A DNA stretch of 64,000 nt from contig CAWJWJ010000002.1 of NCBI GenBank assembly GCA_963846575.1, positions 736,001 to 800,000 of the forward strand, written 5' to 3'. A program made the translations under genes and the position numbers. This document shows positions 59,719 through 64,000 of this stretch, piece by piece (position 1 is the first letter of the stretch; the number at the start of each line of letters is the position of its first letter). The notes under the pieces were generated by a model. It had not been told where the DNA came from, ran no database searches, and worked only from the letters and a program-made list of their open reading frames with translations. This DNA is from an uncultured Nitrospiraceae bacterium. Lineage in GTDB: Bacteria > Nitrospirota > Nitrospiria > Nitrospirales > Nitrospiraceae.

Positions 59719-61131
59719 TCATTCTTGCGTCACTGGAGGCTCAGCCGGTGGGCCATTATCCGGTCTGCTGATGCCTAAGGTGTCCATGCGGTATTTCAAC
59801 ATGCGCCGGCTGATGCCCAGCATGGTGGCCGCATGTGTTTGTACGTATGTGGTTCGTTTAAGAGCATCCAGGATGATTTCACGCTCAAATTCCATCACGG
59901 CCTTCTCAAGAGACATCCGTCCGGCCAGCGTGTCGTCTCGGAGAGAGGATGAGCGCGTATCAGCTCGCAAGATCGTCGGCAGATGCTCGGGTAAAATCAC
60001 CGGAGAGCCTTTCGACCAGATGAACGCTTGTTCGATTATGTTTTCCATCTCCCGCACGTTGCCGGGCCACGCATAGTGTGAGATCAGTTCCAACGATTCT
60101 TTGGTAAATTCCTGCGCGGGTCGTTTTTCTTCCTCGATGCGTCTGGCAAGAAAGTGTTTGGCGAGCAGCGAGACGTCCTCGCCCCGCTCACGTAGCGGCG
60201 GCAGATAGAGCGCAATGACGTTAATGCGGTAATACAGATCCTCTCGGAAGAGACCTTTTCGAACCTGCTCGTCGAGATTTTTGTTGGTGGCGGCAACGAT
60301 TCGGACATCCACTTTAATCGACTGTACCCCTCCAACTCGAGTGAACTCGCGCTCTTGCAGGACACGCAGGAGTTTGGCTTGGGTTGCCGCACTCAGGTCG
60401 CCGATTTCATCCAGAAATAGTGTGCCTGTATGCGCAAGCTCGAACTGTCCCACACGCCGCGCCGTGGCGTCGGTGAAAGAACCTTTCTCATGACCGAATA
60501 ATTCGCTTTCAATCAGGGTTTCCGGCAGCGCTGCGCAGTTGAGAGCCACAAACGGACGCTCCCGTCGCGCACTGTTGTAATGGATAGCCTTTGCTACCAG
60601 TTCTTTTCCCGTGCCGCTTTCGCCCGTGACCAGGACGGTCGTGCGGCTGTCCGCGACCTGCTCGATCTTGGCGTAGATTTCTTGCATGGACTGACTTTTG
60701 CCGATGAGATTGTGAAAGGCATATCGCTGCACCACCTGTGCACGTAATTGTCGCACTTCCTGTTCCAGTTCCTGTTTGCCTAGGGCGCGCTCGATGACGA
60801 TTTGCAACTCTTCCACGTCGAACGGCTTGGAGAGATAATCGGCTGCCCCCATCTTCATGGCATCGACAGCCGTTTTTACTGATTTCGTTCCGGTCAGCAT
60901 AATAACGGGGACGGCGTGACCTTCAGTGCGCATCGTCTGGAGAACCGCGAGACCGTCTGTTCCAGGCAGGATTACATCCAGCAGAACCAGGTCTGGGGAT
61001 TCGCGTTTGAACAACTGAAGACCCTCGGCGGCGTCCGCCGCTTCAAGAATTTCATAGGACGGTTCCAAGACCGCCTTTAACGATGCTCGAACTCGTGGTT
61101 CGTCATCGACTAGCAGTACCCGTTTCTTCAT
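59719..61131 (-). CDS. NtrC-family sigma54-dependent response regulator
   Basis: REC, GESGTGKE, ESELFGHEKGSFTDA, LFLDEIG, WPGNVRE, Fis-type HTH. Confidence 0.96.
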   Translation of the reverse strand: MKKRVLLVDDEPRVRASLKAVLEPSYEILEAADAAEGLQLFKRESPDLVLLDVILPGTDGLAVLQTMRTEGHAVPVIMLTGTKSVKTAVDAMKMGAADYLSKPFDVEELQIVIERALGKQELEQEVRQLRAQVVQRYAFHNLIGKSQSMQEIYAKIEQVADSRTTVLVTGESGTGKELVAKAIHYNSARRERPFVALNCAALPETLIESELFGHEKGSFTDATARRVGQFELAHTGTLFLDEIGDLSAATQAKLLRVLQEREFTRVGGVQSIKVDVRIVAATNKNLDEQVRKGLFREDLYYRINVIALYLPPLRERGEDVSLLAKHFLARRIEEEKRPAQEFTKESLELISHYAWPGNVREMENIIEQAFIWSKGSPVILPEHLPTILRADTRSSSLRDDTLAGRMSLEKAVMEFEREIILDALKRTTYVQTHAATMLGISRRMLKYRMDTLGISRPDNGPPAEPPVTQE

Positions 61132-61132
61132 G

Positions 61133-62413
61133 TTACTCCCGTGCTGCTGAGACTATGGTACGTATACCTGGTGCAGGCAAATTGACGGAAAACGCGGAAC
61201 CTATACCAACCTGACTCTCGACCAACAACTTACCTCCATGATCATGGACGATCTGATGAGCGGTGGTGAGTCCAAGACCTGATCCGTCACTAGCGCTGTT
61301 GGAGTGTTTGGTGGTGAAAAATGGATCGAAAATATGTTCCAGATTTTCAGGCGCGATGCCGCATCCTTCATCCTCGACCCGCAGTTGCACCCAGGAAGTG
61401 CCGTCTGTCTGGGTGAGGCAACGGGTCTGAACACAAACCACTCCGTGACCCTGCGGCATCGCATCCAGTGCGTTCAAAAGCAGATTGAGGAGAACCTGTT
61501 TGAATTGTTGCCGGTCGAGCAAAAGAAGCGGCAGGTCAGGCGTCAGGGCGGTGCGTAGGCGGGTGCCCCGCTGTGACGCGGCGGCCGATACGAAACAGAG
61601 GCAGGAGGTGATGAGTTCATTCAAATCCACATCGGTGGGTTGCGGCGTCATGTAACTGGCGTAGTCAAGAATCTCATGCAGCAGGCGTTCGATGCGATGA
61701 ACGTCCTCAATGGCCAGTTGACTAAATTCTTTTATGAAAACGGGGTCCTGCTGACGTTGCGGAGCCAGCTGGATGAAGGTCTTTATCGACGTCAGAGGGT
61801 TGCGAATTTCATGAGCGAATCCGCCCGCCATAATTTCCAGAGAACGCAGACGATCGGTTCGTCTCATCAGCAGAGAGGACCGCCGCAGATCCTCCTGCGC
61901 CATATGATGCTCCAGGGTGCTGCAGGCGATGTGCGCAATTGTTTCAGCGGCCGAGATGTCGAATTCGCTCACGTGAAGGTCCCTACTGAACGGGCCCAGG
62001 ACACAGAGTGCCAGGAGCCCTTTGTCTGAACGCAGCGGAATACAGAGCGCCGCCCCCAAGGCTCTTAGTGCGGCTTCAGCAGGTGAGGCCTGCTGAGGTT
62101 TGTATCGCAGCATCCGTACGCTTTCGCCGAGGCATTGGATGAGGGGATGATCACTCGACAGCGTACCAACGACGGATGGGCGATTCTGCCCAAGTGATGC
62201 GAGGAGACTGTATTGTCGCGAGTCGACCGATCGGAGCCAGATGCTCCCTTCTGCGAGACCAAATTGTTGTGAAAGGGTGGTGAGAATGTCTTCTCCGAGG
62301 CGAGGGAGATCCTTCGCACGCCCCGCAGCTTCGGCAAAGGCACCGATCATTACGACCAGCTTCTCGGAATGTAATGGGCTAACGGCGTGCGGGTTATGCT
62401 CGTCGCATGTCAT
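61133..62413 (-). CDS. Cytoplasmic GAF-domain sensor histidine kinase
   Basis: GAF-like N-terminus, AHEIRNPL, NALDA, DEGCGI, FDPFFTTK, GSGLGL; no obvious TM helix. Confidence 0.92.
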   Translation of the reverse strand: MTCDEHNPHAVSPLHSEKLVVMIGAFAEAAGRAKDLPRLGEDILTTLSQQFGLAEGSIWLRSVDSRQYSLLASLGQNRPSVVGTLSSDHPLIQCLGESVRMLRYKPQQASPAEAALRALGAALCIPLRSDKGLLALCVLGPFSRDLHVSEFDISAAETIAHIACSTLEHHMAQEDLRRSSLLMRRTDRLRSLEIMAGGFAHEIRNPLTSIKTFIQLAPQRQQDPVFIKEFSQLAIEDVHRIERLLHEILDYASYMTPQPTDVDLNELITSCLCFVSAAASQRGTRLRTALTPDLPLLLLDRQQFKQVLLNLLLNALDAMPQGHGVVCVQTRCLTQTDGTSWVQLRVEDEGCGIAPENLEHIFDPFFTTKHSNSASDGSGLGLTTAHQIVHDHGGKLLVESQVGIGSAFSVNLPAPGIRTIVSAARE

Positions 62414-62518
62414 GGTCGTGCGCAGAAAACGTCAGGCTAGTCACAATTGTAGCGCTGGCATCTACCGACAGGCGCCGGTCTTGTGCTAGTAACGGCAGTA
62501 TATATGCGAGCTTTTTTT

Positions 62519-64000
62519 TCAGCCAGAGGAATCAGGTTTTTCTGCTGCGGCGAGGATCAGGTGCCCTGAGAGGCCGCGAAGGAGCCTCACTGGCGTGGTG
62601 GTGATCTGTGACAGACGAGAGCTCAGTGTCTCTTCGTCGAATGCCTGCAATGGACCGACTCGAAGCGCTTTACAGCACTGAGCCATACGACTCAAGGCTA
62701 AACGGCTTTCTCCTGTGAATGCGTCAATGCCAAGTTCTTGCAAGGGAGGGCGAGACAAGAGAGCCACATCCGCAGATGGTGTAAAAACGCTAATCACCAG
62801 CTTCCCACCTGGGCGAAGTACACGGAAGAGCTCCCGTAATGCATGCAGGGGTGACGGTGCAAAGCTGAGCGACAAATTCGCCACGATACGATCGAACGAA
62901 TTGTCTACGAAGGGAAGCGCTTCCAACGATCGGCCGAGTGCCCAGCTCTGAGTGACGGGTGTCCGGCCTGAGATGCGTCCGGAGAATAAGCTGTCCACGT
63001 GTTTTAACGCGTCCATCGTGGCTTTTTGAGCCGCATGGAGCGCAGTTGATGTTAGGTCCATTCCGACGTAGCGAAGTGGTTGGTTGCGTCGCCAGGTCTG
63101 AGCGCGCAAACGGTAGGACAGATTCAACAAGAGTAATCTGGCGAAGGAATGAAGGCCACATCCGGCATCGAGGAGCGTCAGGCCTCCGTCAAGCGGTTGC
63201 AGTAGTTGATAGAGCTGATCAATGTATTGCCAGTAGCTCGGGAGTTCATCGAGGCTCTGACTAAGGTTAGTTTGGCCGTTCCACAGCCGTTCGCAATCGG
63301 CGGCGCCGACGGCGAACTTGGCGCGGAGTTGATCGCGTTCGAAGCGAGCGCGTATAGCGGTAGCTCGTACGATAGGGCGATGGGCTTCGGAGAATGATTG
63401 CGTCGATGCATCACGTTGATGGCAGAGTTGTTGGAGACGTTGCCAATTACCCTGCTGGCTTTTCGGCGCAGCATCGACGGCAGCAAGAGTGGGAGATGAC
63501 AGGCTGATGCGAGTGCCTTTTAGCCCCAAGAGACCCATGACGTCGTCCAATAGGGCCGGTGAGGGACCCGGGATAGCGAAGTCCGAGGTCTCTGGCCCGG
63601 CGCTTATCAGGACGACGTCGGTGCCGCAGTGCCTGACATCTTCGTGGAGGGCAAACAGATCGGCGTATTGAGCTGAGATGGCATCGGTCAAAAAAGTATC
63701 GATCTCAAGGGGAATTCCCATTAGATTGCCCAGGCCGAATCGGTTTCCAACCAGGTGTTCCTGGACCAGGTCGCGTTGATGAAGTGCCGTGAGAGAACTT
63801 CTGAGGTCGAGGGTTGGATTGAGAAGGATAAGCCGTCGAATCTGTCGGTGCCAGTCTTGACGACGCAGGGTAATTCGCCCGAGGAGGTCTGACGCCAGAA
63901 TGGTCAGCGTAGATTCAGGCCAGGTTCTTTGTATAAAGGCCAGCACAGTATCAAGATCATCTTCCAGCGACGTGAAGGTCGTTTCCACGGGGTCGCCGTC
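62519..64000 (-). CDS. Alpha/beta-hydrolase-like domain fused to a class I SAM methyltransferase, 5'-partial
   Basis: Frame is open to the window edge. DDLDTVLAFI..TILASDLLGR..LILLNP follows the hydrolase fold; LLDAGCG..LPFVDNSFD..ELFRVLRPGG is the methyltransferase. Confidence 0.8.
   Translation of the reverse strand, partial: DGDPVETTFTSLEDDLDTVLAFIQRTWPESTLTILASDLLGRITLRRQDWHRQIRRLILLNPTLDLRSSLTALHQRDLVQEHLVGNRFGLGNLMGIPLEIDTFLTDAISAQYADLFALHEDVRHCGTDVVLISAGPETSDFAIPGPSPALLDDVMGLLGLKGTRISLSSPTLAAVDAAPKSQQGNWQRLQQLCHQRDASTQSFSEAHRPIVRATAIRARFERDQLRAKFAVGAADCERLWNGQTNLSQSLDELPSYWQYIDQLYQLLQPLDGGLTLLDAGCGLHSFARLLLLNLSYRLRAQTWRRNQPLRYVGMDLTSTALHAAQKATMDALKHVDSLFSGRISGRTPVTQSWALGRSLEALPFVDNSFDRIVANLSLSFAPSPLHALRELFRVLRPGGKLVISVFTPSADVALLSRPPLQELGIDAFTGESRLALSRMAQCCKALRVGPLQAFDEETLSSRLSQITTTPVRLLRGLSGHLILAAAEKPDSSG

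Noticed and set aside
60465..60485. GSFTDA instead of GAFTGA in the sigma54 activator
   Set aside because: GSFTGA and GAFTDA variants are common in bEBPs and the key F-T pair is intact, so this is not evidence of inactivity.

Overview
A GC-rich bacterial chromosomal window. Gene content and style suggest a Nitrospira-like organism, which is an inference from the many single-domain PilZ proteins, a DUF2934 protein, a GAF-PilB, a FolB-methyltransferase fusion and hpnDE. I found no rRNA, tRNA, CRISPR array, transposase or integrase. Housekeeping blocks are uppS-cdsA-dxr-rseP-proS, tldD-pmbA, moaCDEA, accD-folC-lptD, trxA-recN, arfB and a family 4 UDG. They alternate with signalling and envelope modules: (1) a four-protein phosphorelay followed by a cassette of small genes (0.6-9.3 kb); (2) RRM protein, desaturase, LpxL and three PilZ proteins (10-14.7 kb); (3) an MCE/Mla operon with a degenerate ATPase and a TPR lipoprotein; (4) a HAD-BtuF-like-hpnD-hpnE operon; (5) a Ser/Thr kinase-PP2C-FHA operon; (6) at the right end, a hydrolase-fold/SAM-methyltransferase fusion, GAF kinase, sigma54 activator, sigma54 promoter and degenerate HD-GYP regulator. 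Module 6 is my best candidate for an undescribed small-molecule signalling system. Two frameshifts are directly visible, in moaC and in a Cys-rich repeat gene. A 32-aa Lys-rich ORF is missing from the ORF track. All family calls come from motif recognition by eye; no searches were run.
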